Of a DNA stretch of 64,000 nucleotides, positions 9,657 to 18,849 are shown one piece after another. The notes below the pieces were generated by a model, which saw only the letters and a program-made list of their open reading frames with translations, did no database searches and had not been told where the DNA came from. The position numbers were made by a program, and so were the translations under genes. This stretch comes from an uncultured delta proteobacterium (GTDB lineage Bacteria > Desulfobacterota > Binatia > Binatales > Binataceae). Where the stretch lies: positions 2,025 through 66,024 of the forward strand of contig CAVVGR010000007.1 in assembly GCA_963747845.1 (NCBI GenBank), read 5' to 3'. Each line of letters starts with the position of its first letter. Within the stretch, counting starts at the first letter, position 1.

Positions 9657-10168
9657 GATTTCTCCTTCCTCCCGATGGTAGCGTCCGACGATTGGCCGCA
9701 CCGCCGTCTGTCGTGTCAAATCGAAGTTACCAAAGCATTAAGGAGCCGTTGAGTCCGGATGAAATAGTAGGTTGGAGAGCGCCGCGCGATCCAGTCGTCC
9801 TTGCTGGCCGCGTCGGCAGGAAGTGGCTGAGGAGCATAACAAATCCAGAAGTTCTGTCGATAGATCTATAATGTTCGGGTTTTCGGGTGCCGTAAGAGAC
9901 TCAATTAGCAATCGTGAAGCAGCGGGCGACTTTGCGAACTCATCATCAGCAACTTCGAGCCTCAGGCGAATCCGGTTTTCGCCCTCACGAGCAGCGCGAT
10001 GCTGGCCACAAAATGTTCGAAACAGGCTGCTGGCGTGGGAGAATGCGTTTGTCACTGCAGATCGCAATGCGCGTGGCGGAGCGCTCGCACATAAGCAGAG
10101 ACGATTCCATAGGCCAGCGCAGCTTGAAAGGCAACAGGCAAACTTTGTTCAGTTGATAATTAGTCTGA

Positions 10169-10197
10169 TTGACATTTTTACTGGGTCATTCTAATAG
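10169..10197 (+). promoter_or_regulatory. sigma-70-type promoter candidate for DUF1329 copy 1
   Basis: TTGACA (10169-10174), a 17-nt spacer, then TAATAG (10192-10197), about 85 nt upstream of ATG 10282. The same hexamers and spacing recur before copy 2. Confidence 0.45.
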
Positions 10198-10281
10198 CAA
10201 AGTTGGATGTGAAAAATTTACGTCCGGAAGTTTTTGATCCAGCTTGGGGACTAACGTTTCAGCGCTAATACGGAGGTTCGA

Positions 10282-11598
10282 ATGCAACTGGGGACAATGG
10301 GGATTCGCTTCAGGAGTGTCGTCGTCGGGGGGCTCGCATTGCTTGCCCTCACGGCCTGGAGCCTGCCTGGGGAGGCGGGCGTCAAGCCGGGCGACTTCAT
10401 CAATCCGGAAAACTCATACAATGTAAGGGATCTGGTTTCGCCGGGCGTGTTCTATCGAGTGCAGCACGGCATGACGATGAAAATCGTCCCTACCATCCGC
10501 GTCGATTGGCCGCCTCCGTACAAGGATGCGACTGAAAAGTATTCGTCGCAGGTTGCGCTCTCGCAGGATCATCGCACGGTCGTCGGCTATGTCGCCGGAC
10601 AGCCGTTCCCGCTGATCGATTCGAACGATCCGGACGTCGCGACCAAGATCGTATGGAACAACGTGTTCCGCCCGATTCAGTCGGACGACTACGATCTGCG
10701 ATATTTCGATTGCGACACGGTCTACAGCGGGTACAACAAGCCGTTCTTTGAGATCGCATACGGACAGCTCGGTCACTACGCCGGCTACGATCTCGTCGGC
10801 CGCACCGAAGTCGAGCCGCTGCCGATCGATCCCGATTTCAAGAATACCAACCGCCTGTGGCTGTTCCTGCTCGGGCCGGAGCTCGCGCCGGTGGACGCTC
10901 GTGGCACCAGCCTCCTGCGCTATCGCTACGCCGATCCAAAGCATGGCGACGACACCTGGACCTGGGAGACCGGTTCACGCCGTCTGCGCCGTTTGAACGA
11001 GTCGATCAACTCGAGCGCGACCGGATCGCAGACCTGGGATCCCGATCACTATTCGGGCTTCAATCCCAAGACCGAGCAGTACGACTACAAGTTCCTGGGC
11101 GAGAAGGAGATGCTCGCGACCGTTGACGCCGAGCACTCGCCGGAAATCCGCTGCGCCACCGACGGCGGCGCCAGTGCATGCCCGGAGCGTTGGCAGATGC
11201 GTCACATGTACATCGTGACCGCGGAGCCGCGGCGCAGCGTTAACAACGCCGAAGCGCTGGATTCGAAGACGGTCATCTACATGGATTCCGAAATGTGGTT
11301 CGAGCCGTACATCGATACTTATGACCGGCGCGGTGAGCTGTTCCGCAATCACGTTTACTGGCTCGCGTATCGCGATCGTCCGGTGCCCGACGCGAAGGTC
11401 GCCATCTATCCGTTCAAGCGCGAATTCGTCGTCGGCGCTTCGTCGCAGGATGTGCAGAGCGCCGAGGCCACGATGTGCTACCTGCCCGGCATCGAAACGC
11501 CGGAGCGTGAGTGCTGGTACATCAACATGGGCGCAGTGGACAAGGCATTCTTCACTACCCAGGCGATGGTGAAGATGTCGGAAGTCGGCCACATGTAG
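10282..11598 (+). CDS. DUF1329 family (LolA-like, outer-membrane lipoprotein-sorting-type) protein, copy 1
   Basis: Signal peptide (LALLALTAWSLPGEAG). GQPFPLIDSNDPDVATKIVWNNVFRP, SRRLRRLNE and YDYKFLGEKEMLATV resemble conserved DUF1329 blocks. Confidence 0.65.
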   Translation: MQLGTMGIRFRSVVVGGLALLALTAWSLPGEAGVKPGDFINPENSYNVRDLVSPGVFYRVQHGMTMKIVPTIRVDWPPPYKDATEKYSSQVALSQDHRTVVGYVAGQPFPLIDSNDPDVATKIVWNNVFRPIQSDDYDLRYFDCDTVYSGYNKPFFEIAYGQLGHYAGYDLVGRTEVEPLPIDPDFKNTNRLWLFLLGPELAPVDARGTSLLRYRYADPKHGDDTWTWETGSRRLRRLNESINSSATGSQTWDPDHYSGFNPKTEQYDYKFLGEKEMLATVDAEHSPEIRCATDGGASACPERWQMRHMYIVTAEPRRSVNNAEALDSKTVIYMDSEMWFEPYIDTYDRRGELFRNHVYWLAYRDRPVPDAKVAIYPFKREFVVGASSQDVQSAEATMCYLPGIETPERECWYINMGAVDKAFFTTQAMVKMSEVGHM

Positions 11599-11654
11599 CA
11601 GGCAAGTGGGGCGGGCCGCCGTGCCCGCCCTCGGTCCGCGATTTGTAATTTGTA

Positions 11655-11697
11655 CCCGGCAGGAGCGGCGACTCCTGCCGGGGGTTCTTCTCTTCTT
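11655..11697 (+). terminator. stem-loop plus T/C-rich tail after DUF1329 copy 1
   Basis: cccggcaggag-cggcga-ctcctgccggg (11655-11682) followed by ggttcttctcttctt. It is preceded by a second GC hairpin, gggcgggc/gcccgccc, at 11609-11630. Confidence 0.5.
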
Positions 11698-11766
11698 CGG
11701 CTCGATTGCAGGTCCCTGCGATCGGGCATAGTTGTGCTCGTCTGTACACGATCTCAATTAAATGCA

Positions 11767-11795
11767 TTGACATCGGCATTTGTCCGGCCTAATAG
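11767..11795 (+). promoter_or_regulatory. sigma-70-type promoter candidate for DUF1329 copy 2
   Basis: TTGACA (11767-11772), a 17-nt spacer, then TAATAG (11790-11795). This is the same architecture as at 10169-10197. Confidence 0.45.
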
Positions 11796-11882
11796 CTGAC
11801 ACTCGGCATGAAGAATTCACGCCTGAGTGCTCCTAATGGTTATGGGGACAAAACGTTTCGCGTTGTTTTACGGAGGTTTGAA

Positions 11883-13199
11883 ATGCAGTTGGGGACAATG
11901 GGGATTCGCTTCAGAAGAGTCGTCGTCGGGGGCATTGCGCTGCTAGCCCTCACGGCCTGGAGCCTGCCTGGGGAGGCGGGCGTCAAGCCGGGCGACTTCA
12001 TCACTCCTGAGAACGGTTCGCAGGTGAGCGATCTGGTATCGCCGGGCGTCTATTACAAAGTGCAACGCGGCATGACGATGAAAATCGTTCCGACTATCCG
12101 CGTCGACTGGCCGCCGCCGTACAAGGATGCGACCGAAAAATATTCGTCGCAGGTTGCGCTCTCGCGCGACCATCGCACGGTCGTCGGCTACGTGGCCGGA
12201 CAGCCGTTCCCGCTAATCGATTCGAACGATCCGGACGTCGCGACCAAGATCGTATGGAACAACGTGTTCCGCCCGATTCAGTCGGACGACTACGATCTGC
12301 GATATTTCGATTGCGACACGGTTTACACCGGCTACAACAAGCCGTTCTTTGAAATCGCGTACGGACAGCTTGGCCACTATGCCGGCTACGATCTCGTCGG
12401 CCGCACTGAAGTCGAGCCGCTGCCGATCGATCCCGATTTCAAAACCACCAATCGCCTGTGGCTGTTCCTGCTCGGACCGGAGCTCGCGCCGGTGGACGCT
12501 CGCGGCACCAGCCTGCTGCGTTATCGTTACGCCGAGCCGAATCACGGCGACGATACCTGGGACTGGACGCCCGGCTCGCGCCGCTTGCGCCGTCTGAACG
12601 AAGCGATCAATTCGAGCGCGACCGGATCGCAGACCTTTGATCCCGATCATTATTCCGGCTTCAATCCGAAGACCGAACAGTACGACTACAAGTTCATCGG
12701 CGAGAAGGAGATGCTCGCGACAGTCGACGCCGAGCATTCACCTGAAATCCGGTGCGCCACCGACGGCGGCGCCAGCGCATGCCCTGAGCGTTGGCAGATG
12801 CGCCACATGTACATCGTGTCAGCGGAGCCGCGGCGCAGCGTGAACAACGCCGAGGCGCTCGATTCCAAGACGGTCATCTACATGGATTCCGAAATGTGGT
12901 TCGAGCCGTACATCGACACGTACGATCGGCGCGGCGAGCTGTTCCGCAACCACATCTACTGGCTCGCATATCGCGATCGTCCAGTGCCCGACGCGAAAGT
13001 CGCCATCTATCCGTTCAAGCGCGAATTCGTCGTCGGTGCATCGTCGCAGGACGTGCAGAGCGGCGAGGACACGATGTGCTATCTACCTGGCATCGAGACG
13101 CCCGAGCGTGAATGCTGGTACATCAACATGGGCGCAGTGGATAAAGCCTTCTTCACTACCCAGGCGATGGTGAAGATGTCGGAAACCGGCCACATGTAG
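11883..13199 (+). CDS. DUF1329 family protein, copy 2 (tandem paralogue)
   Basis: ORF 11808-13199. The start homologous to copy 1 is ATG 11883 (MQLGTMGIRFRRVVVGG). The protein is near-identical to copy 1 except around residues ~35-50 and ~215-235. Confidence 0.7.
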   Translation: MQLGTMGIRFRRVVVGGIALLALTAWSLPGEAGVKPGDFITPENGSQVSDLVSPGVYYKVQRGMTMKIVPTIRVDWPPPYKDATEKYSSQVALSRDHRTVVGYVAGQPFPLIDSNDPDVATKIVWNNVFRPIQSDDYDLRYFDCDTVYTGYNKPFFEIAYGQLGHYAGYDLVGRTEVEPLPIDPDFKTTNRLWLFLLGPELAPVDARGTSLLRYRYAEPNHGDDTWDWTPGSRRLRRLNEAINSSATGSQTFDPDHYSGFNPKTEQYDYKFIGEKEMLATVDAEHSPEIRCATDGGASACPERWQMRHMYIVSAEPRRSVNNAEALDSKTVIYMDSEMWFEPYIDTYDRRGELFRNHIYWLAYRDRPVPDAKVAIYPFKREFVVGASSQDVQSGEDTMCYLPGIETPERECWYINMGAVDKAFFTTQAMVKMSETGHM

Positions 13200-13259
13200 C
13201 AGGCAAGTGGGGCGGGCCGCCGTGCCCGCCCTCGGGCCCGCGATTCGTAAATGCACAAC

Positions 13260-13295
13260 GCCGGCAGGAGCATCCACTCCTGCCGGCGTTTTTTT
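13260..13295 (+). terminator. rho-independent terminator (possibly bidirectional)
   Basis: gccggcaggag-catcc-actcctgccggc (13260-13287), then g plus a T7 tract (13289-13295). It lies between convergent DUF1329 copy 2 and chrA. Confidence 0.75.
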
Positions 13296-13311
13296 ATTTC
13301 CGTAGTGCGAA

Positions 13312-13831
13312 CTAGCCCAACAGCAGGTAAACGGCGCCGCCCACCAGCACCAGCACGCCCGGATTGACGTGGCGCCAGAGCAGAATTCCGAACACCACGA
13401 CGGCGATCACCAGCGTTTTCGGTGTCGACGATCGAAAGCTTTGCGATCGCGTACGTTCCCGACGTCATCAGGCCTATCGCTACCGGCGCCAGCCCGCGCT
13501 GAATCGATACGCGCCACGGCCATCCGCCCAGGTGCACCCACCATCGGTTGACGAACAGCGTGATGATGCAATCGGGCAGGAAAAATGCGACGCCGACTAC
13601 AATCATTCCGGCCCATCCGGCGAGCTGGTAGCCGATCACGAGCACCATCAACATGTTCGGTCCCGGCGCCACCTGCCCGAGGCTGTAGATGTTGCGGAAC
13701 TGCGCGTCCGTCAGCCAGTGAAAGGTGTGCACCGTCATATGCTGCATCTCGGGCAGCACTGCGGTGCCGCCGCCGACCGCCAGCACCGACAGCAGCGAGA
13801 AAACCAGGAACAGGTGTATCAATCGCATCAT
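13312..13831 (-). CDS. chrA: chromate transporter family protein, second half-size subunit (frame change near 13423)
   Basis: MMRLIHLFLVFSLLSVLAVGGGTAVLPEMQH...AQFRNIYSLGQVAPGPNMLMV is typical of the CHR family. After ...AIAKLSIVD the hydrophobic C-terminus PKTLVIAVVVFGILLWRHVNPGVLVLVGGAVYLLLG* continues in another frame to stop 13312-13314. Merged length is 1 mod 3. Confidence 0.75.
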
Positions 13832-13852
13832 GCGGATTTCGATCTCACTTGG

Positions 13853-14524
13853 CTAATGACGAAACAGGTGATGGCGTTCGCCGCGATGAAACGGCAGATG
13901 CTCGTCTGCGGCGCGCGGTTTTGAGATCTCGGGCCGGTACAGCCAGACCGAGATCGGTCCCAGGCCGAGCAGCACGACCGGCAGTGGCAGCTTGAGGAAG
14001 CTGACCGCAAGAAAGGTCAGGGCGATGATCGCGATGTCCGGAAGCTGGCGAAATTGACGCCGGCCGATTTGCAGCGTCACCGCCGACAGCAGGCCGACCG
14101 CCGCGGCCGCGATCCCCAGCAGGAAACGCTTGACGTCGGGATTCGAGTGATTCGACTGGTACAGGATTCCCAGCACCATCACGACGATCGATCCCGGCAG
14201 CAGCATCCCGACCACCGAGACCACGGCGCCGGTCAGCCCGCGCAGGTTGTCGCCCATGATGATCGCCATGTTGACGGCGTTGAGTCCCGGCAGCGTTTCG
14301 CTGATTTCCATCGCGCCGAGAAAGCCCTCGTCGTCGAGCCAGCCTTCCTTGCGCACCAGGTACTCGCGCAGATAAGCGACCGCGCCGCCGCCGAAGCTCA
14401 GCCCTCCCGCGAGCAGGAAGATCTTGAACAGCGTCAGCAGGCTCGGATGGAGGTCGGGTTCACTCTTCGTGCTTGAGACTGGCGTTGCCGTATCCGTAGA
14501 TGAGGGCGGTTTTGGTTGTTCCAC
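13853..14524 (-). CDS. chrA: chromate transporter family protein, first half-size subunit
   Basis: LLTLFKIFLLAGGLSFGGGAVAYLREYLVRKEGWLDDEGFLGAMEISETLPGLNAVNMAI is a CHR-family signature. The GTG start at 14524 overlaps the upstream gene by 65 nt, so the true start is uncertain. Confidence 0.75.
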   Translation of the reverse strand: MEQPKPPSSTDTATPVSSTKSEPDLHPSLLTLFKIFLLAGGLSFGGGAVAYLREYLVRKEGWLDDEGFLGAMEISETLPGLNAVNMAIIMGDNLRGLTGAVVSVVGMLLPGSIVVMVLGILYQSNHSNPDVKRFLLGIAAAAVGLLSAVTLQIGRRQFRQLPDIAIIALTFLAVSFLKLPLPVVLLGLGPISVWLYRPEISKPRAADEHLPFHRGERHHLFRH

Positions 14525-15344
14525 GCTGCACCCAGTCTGTGGCCCGCGATTGCAGGGCTGTGTAGTACGACTCGGAAAGCTCTCGCTGCTTGCGACGCAC
14601 CGCTTCGGGACTGTCGAACTTCAACTGATACGCGTACTCCGCGACGATTGGCTCGCCGGTCGCGCTCACGCGCCACACCGCCAGCGTCGCTTTCGCCTCG
14701 AGCTTGTGGCCGAAGTCCAGCATCCCGAGGTCGACCAGGTATTCCTGGATCGTCACGTGGTTCACCACGCTCAGCGCCGCCTTGGGATTTGCGTCGATAT
14801 GTTTGAGCGCAGGGAACGCTTCCGCGGTCGTCTCGAAGCGTTGCGTCAATATGATGTTGGGCGTGTCGAGCTCGCAGTTGTGCGAATACACCAGGCGCAT
14901 GCCGAGCGTGCCGTCCTTCGGCAGGAGGATTTCCTCCTTGAATTTCAGCGTGTACTCGCACGGCAGCAGCGGACGCGGATCGACGGCCAGCGCGACCTTC
15001 TTGTCCGGATGTCTGAACTTGATCACCAGCTCGTGCTTCGGGTCGGCCACGCCGTGATGATAGAAGGTGCGTTTTCTCAGGATGAAGCCGTGATTGTAGA
15101 GCTTGAAATGCGGCGTGTCGTAAAAGACCACTTCGCGCGTATGCGGCTTGACGTCAGGATTGATCTTCTCGAGCTTGATGCCGAGCGACTTGGCCGCGTG
15201 ATGCGACTGCTTCCAGAATCTGTGAAAGGCCTTCTCGTCGGGAAACAGGTTCGGCTTGAGCAGCAGCTTGTATTCGCGATACTGAATCTGGTCCGACGGC
15301 ACTATCGGCTCGTAGAACTTCGTACTTTCGGCGTGCGTACTCAT
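14460..15344 (-). CDS. CYTH-like (triphosphate tunnel) domain protein, hypothetical
   Basis: N-terminal YREYKLLLKP (resembles the ExExK strand) and REVVFYDTPHFKLYNHGFILRKR (resembles the YFDTPd..L...g..LRiR block of CYTH domains). No other recognisable motif. Confidence 0.4.
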   Translation of the reverse strand: MSTHAESTKFYEPIVPSDQIQYREYKLLLKPNLFPDEKAFHRFWKQSHHAAKSLGIKLEKINPDVKPHTREVVFYDTPHFKLYNHGFILRKRTFYHHGVADPKHELVIKFRHPDKKVALAVDPRPLLPCEYTLKFKEEILLPKDGTLGMRLVYSHNCELDTPNIILTQRFETTAEAFPALKHIDANPKAALSVVNHVTIQEYLVDLGMLDFGHKLEAKATLAVWRVSATGEPIVAEYAYQLKFDSPEAVRRKQRELSESYYTALQSRATDWVQRGTTKTALIYGYGNASLKHEE

Positions 15345-15615
15345 CAGTAATTTTTCATTCGCTTCGAAACGTCGCGCCGGAGTTTCAGCGTGTCAGCATC
15401 AGGGCCTCCGCCGGCGCATCCCCTCGCACCTTCCCCGATCCCTCGAAGTATACAGGCCGCGTAGCGTTGGTCAATTATTACTGATTTGCTGGCACGCTCG
15501 AAACTGTTACTGAAATGTTTCGGTCTTAACTCGCCCGGCACTTATTGCGGGAAGAGGAGGCCGCGCAGCGAGTCAGGGGAGGGCGCCGCGAACGCGCGCC
15601 TGCCGGGAGTCAAAT

Positions 15616-16893
15616 ATGAGCATCGCAACAACCTTGTCCGAGCGCATCGCCGCCGCCATTCCGCGCGGCGTCAGCGTGCCGATTCCAATTCTCGCCCATC
15701 ATGCGTCGGGCGCCGAAATATGGGACGCCGACGGCCGCCGCTACATCGACTTCGCCGGCGGCATCGCGGTCCTCAACGTCGGCCATCGCCATCCGCACGT
15801 CATCGCCGCCGTGCAGGCGCAGCTCGAAGCCTTCACCCACACCTGCTTCGGCGTGGTGCCGTACGAGCCGTACATCAAGCTGGCGGAGCGGATGAATCAG
15901 ATCGCGCCGATCGCAGCGCCGACCAAAACTATTTTCCTCACCACCGGCGCCGAGGCGGTCGAGAACGCCGTCAAGATTGCGCGGCATGCGACCAAACGAT
16001 CCGCGATCATTTCGTTCACCGGCGGATTTCACGGCCGCACGCTGATGGCGCTCGCGCTCACGGGCAAAGTGAATCCGTACAAGGCGGGCTTCGGTCCGTT
16101 TCCCGCCGATACGTTTCACGCGCCGTTTCCCGACGCGTATCGCGGCGGCAGCACCGAGAAGAGCCTCGCCGCACTCGAGACGATGTTCAAGTCGGCGGTC
16201 GAGGCGTCGCGCGTCGCCGCTATCATCATCGAGCCGGTGCAGGGCGAGGGCGGTTTCAGCGTCGCGCCGTTCGAGTTTCTTCGCGAGCTGCGCGCGCTGT
16301 GCGATCGCCACGGCATCCTGTTGATCGCCGACGAGATTCAGACCGGCTTCGGCCGCACGGGCAGGATGTTCGCGATCGAGCACGCCGGCGTCGAGCCCGA
16401 CCTCATTACAATTGCCAAGAGTCTTGGCGGCGGCTTCCCGCTTTCGGGCGTGATAGGCCGCGCCGCCGTCATGGACAGCGTCGCGCCCGGCGGTCTTGGT
16501 GGTACCTTTGCCGGCAGTCCCGTGTCATGCGCCGCGGCGCTCGCCGTGCTCGACGTATTTCGCGACGAGCACATCCTCGAGCGCGCCGAAAAGCAGGGCG
16601 CGCTTATCCGATCGCGTCTGCATGCGATGCGCGATCAGTTCCCGATCATCGGCGACGTGCGCGGGCTTGGCGCGATGCTCGCGATCGAGCTGGTGCGCGA
16701 CCGTGCGAGCAAGGAACCGGCGCCCGAACTCGCAAGCAGGCTCGCGGTTCGCGCATCGGAGCACGGACTAATCCTGCTGACCGCTGGAATCTACAGCAAC
16801 GTGATCCGAATCCTCGCGCCGCTGACAGCATCTCCAGAACTGACCGACGAGGGCATGACGATCCTGGAGCGCACGCTGGCAGAGCTGGGTTAG
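15616..16893 (+). CDS. gabT: 4-aminobutyrate aminotransferase (class-III PLP aminotransferase)
   Basis: AIPRGVSVPIPILAHHASGAEIWDADGRRYIDFAGGIAVLNVGHRHPHVIAAVQAQLEAFTHTCFGVVPYEPYIKLAERMNQIAP appears collinear with E. coli GabT as I recall it. Also has IADEIQTGFGRTG and a length of 425 aa. Confidence 0.85.
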   Translation: MSIATTLSERIAAAIPRGVSVPIPILAHHASGAEIWDADGRRYIDFAGGIAVLNVGHRHPHVIAAVQAQLEAFTHTCFGVVPYEPYIKLAERMNQIAPIAAPTKTIFLTTGAEAVENAVKIARHATKRSAIISFTGGFHGRTLMALALTGKVNPYKAGFGPFPADTFHAPFPDAYRGGSTEKSLAALETMFKSAVEASRVAAIIIEPVQGEGGFSVAPFEFLRELRALCDRHGILLIADEIQTGFGRTGRMFAIEHAGVEPDLITIAKSLGGGFPLSGVIGRAAVMDSVAPGGLGGTFAGSPVSCAAALAVLDVFRDEHILERAEKQGALIRSRLHAMRDQFPIIGDVRGLGAMLAIELVRDRASKEPAPELASRLAVRASEHGLILLTAGIYSNVIRILAPLTASPELTDEGMTILERTLAELG

Positions 16894-16994
16894 ACAGCCG
16901 TCCGGACACCTCGTTGATGCGGAATATTGGCTATGTTACCCTTCTCGTCGCTGCGCTGCCGAAGCCAGAAAGTACCATCCCGAGGCCTTAATTC

Positions 16995-17915
16995 TTGAAT
17001 TTTATGCCGCGTTCATCACGAAAAACTGGCCCATTGAGACTCCCCGACTTTATCGGGGTTGGCCCGTCCCGCACCGGATCGACCTGGCTCTACAATGCGT
17101 TGCGGGACTCGGTGGACATGCCGGCCGGCGCCAAGGACACGCATTTCTACCATAACCTCTACGACAAAGGTCTCGACTGGTACGCCGATCACTTTCGCTA
17201 CGCGACCGGTGAGCGAAAAATCGTCGAGATTTGCCCCGGTGCGTTTTTCAGACCGCTGACCCCCGAGCGGATCAAGGCCGACATTCCGAATTGCAAAATT
17301 TTCGCCACCATTCGCAACCCGGTCGACCGCATACATTCCGTGTACAAGCTTCAGCGTCACTACGGAGTGATACGCAAAACGCTCGATCAGATGCTGGTAG
17401 TGTTTCCCGATCTGGGCGGCGGCAACCGTTACGCGTCGCTGCTGAAGAAGTGGTTCGATCTCTTCGGCCGCGAGAATGTGCTGGTCACGAACTTCGATGA
17501 ACTGCGCAACGAGCCGCAGAAGTATCTGAATCGCGTCACCGACTTCATGGACGTGGAACGAATCTCACTGGCGGATCGCAATCTCACTGACGATGCGAAC
17601 GCATTTACTGTTGCGCCCAAGAGCCGCAAGCTCGCGCGCCGCGCCACCTCGCTGCTCAACTGGCTTAACGGCCATCAGGCCTACGGCGTGGTCGATGCGC
17701 TCGGGCGGGCAGGGGTGTGGGAGTTCTGCCACGGGCGCGGCGAGCCATTTGCACCGCTTTCCCCGGAGCAAGAGGCGAGCTTGCGTCAGCGCTACCTGCC
17801 GGAAGTCGAGGCGCTGGAAGAGCTGCTCAAAATCGATCTTTCCGCCTGGAAGAAACCGCGGGCGCCGCGCAATTTGAAAGATGCTCCGCGGACGCAGCTA
17901 TCAAGCACCGGATGA
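16995..17915 (+). CDS. sulfotransferase family protein (paralogue 1 of 4)
   Basis: 5'-PSB-like loop LPDFIGVGPSRTGSTWL and 3'-PB-like IRNPVDRIHSVYK. Probable ATG at 17004. Stop overlaps the next ATG (ATGA at 17912-17915). Confidence 0.8.
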   Translation: MNFMPRSSRKTGPLRLPDFIGVGPSRTGSTWLYNALRDSVDMPAGAKDTHFYHNLYDKGLDWYADHFRYATGERKIVEICPGAFFRPLTPERIKADIPNCKIFATIRNPVDRIHSVYKLQRHYGVIRKTLDQMLVVFPDLGGGNRYASLLKKWFDLFGRENVLVTNFDELRNEPQKYLNRVTDFMDVERISLADRNLTDDANAFTVAPKSRKLARRATSLLNWLNGHQAYGVVDALGRAGVWEFCHGRGEPFAPLSPEQEASLRQRYLPEVEALEELLKIDLSAWKKPRAPRNLKDAPRTQLSSTG

Positions 17916-18849
17916 GCGCGACGAGCAAGCGCCGACTGCCTGAGATCATCGGCGCCGGTCCCGGACGTACCGGCACGACCTGGCTGCATCGCGTACTCGA
18001 AGGCCATGTCGACCTGCCGTATGGCGTCAAAGAGACGCAGTTTTTCAGCACCTTCTACGACCACGGCATCGACTGGTACGCGCGTCATTTTCGCTACGCT
18101 ACCGGCGAGCGGCGGATCGCGGAGATTTGCCCCAATTATTTTTTCAAGCTCGAATCGATCGAGCGCATCAAGCAGCATATCCCGGACTGCAGGATCGTCA
18201 CGACGATGCGCGATCCGGTCGATCGCTTGTATTCGAAATACAAGCTGGTCCGGCACACGGCTGGCGCGCGCGGCGGAACTTTAGAAGAAGCATTGAAGGC
18301 GTGGCCGTCGCTGGGCAGCGGCAACCGTTACGCGTTCTATCTCGAAGCATGGTTCGCGGCTTTTGGGCGCGAGAATGTGCTGGTGACGCTCTACGATGAA
18401 CTGCGCGCGGAGCCGCAGAAATATCTGAACCGGGTGACCGACTTCATGGGCGTCGAGCGAATCGCGCTCTCCGACCGGCGCCACATCAGCGACGACGTGA
18501 ACGCCTTCACGCGCGCGCCCAAGAATCGCAAACTTGCGCGCCGAGCGACCCGGCTCATGAACTGGCTCCAGGGCCGCCAAGCCTATGGCGTGATAGACCT
18601 GCTCGATCGCGCAGGGGTGTGGGAATTCTGCGCCGGGCGCGGCGAGCTGTATCCGCCGCTTACTCCGGAAGAGGATGCGCGTCTGCGCAAGCGCTTTCTG
18701 CCCGAAGTCGAAGCGCTCGAGGCATTGCTGAAGATCGATCTCTCCGCATGGAAGAAGCCTCGGGAGGCGCGCGCCGTCGAAGCTTCCTGTGGCGCGGCCA
18801 CTGCAACAATCGGCCGGGGCATGAGGGCCAGCGATTGGCCATTAGATGA
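17912..18849 (+). CDS. sulfotransferase family protein (paralogue 2; stop codon lost or frame change in the tail)
   Basis: MSATSKRRLPEIIGAGPGRTGTTWL and MRDPVDRLYSKYK. As assembled the frame runs on to 19423 (ORF 17717-19423), out of frame through paralogue 3. Both other frames stop at 18843-18849, immediately at the next ATG. Confidence 0.7.

Noticed and set aside
10282-13199. Diversity-generating retroelement (template/variable repeat) as the explanation for the two DUF1329 copies.
   Set aside because: Differences are not adenine-specific, they span whole genes including promoters, and no reverse transcriptase is present.
15345-15615. Sigma-54 promoter at ttgcTGGCACgctcgaaactg between the CYTH-like gene and gabT.
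   Set aside because: It has a good -24 half (TGGCAC) but no GC dinucleotide at the required 10-nt spacing.
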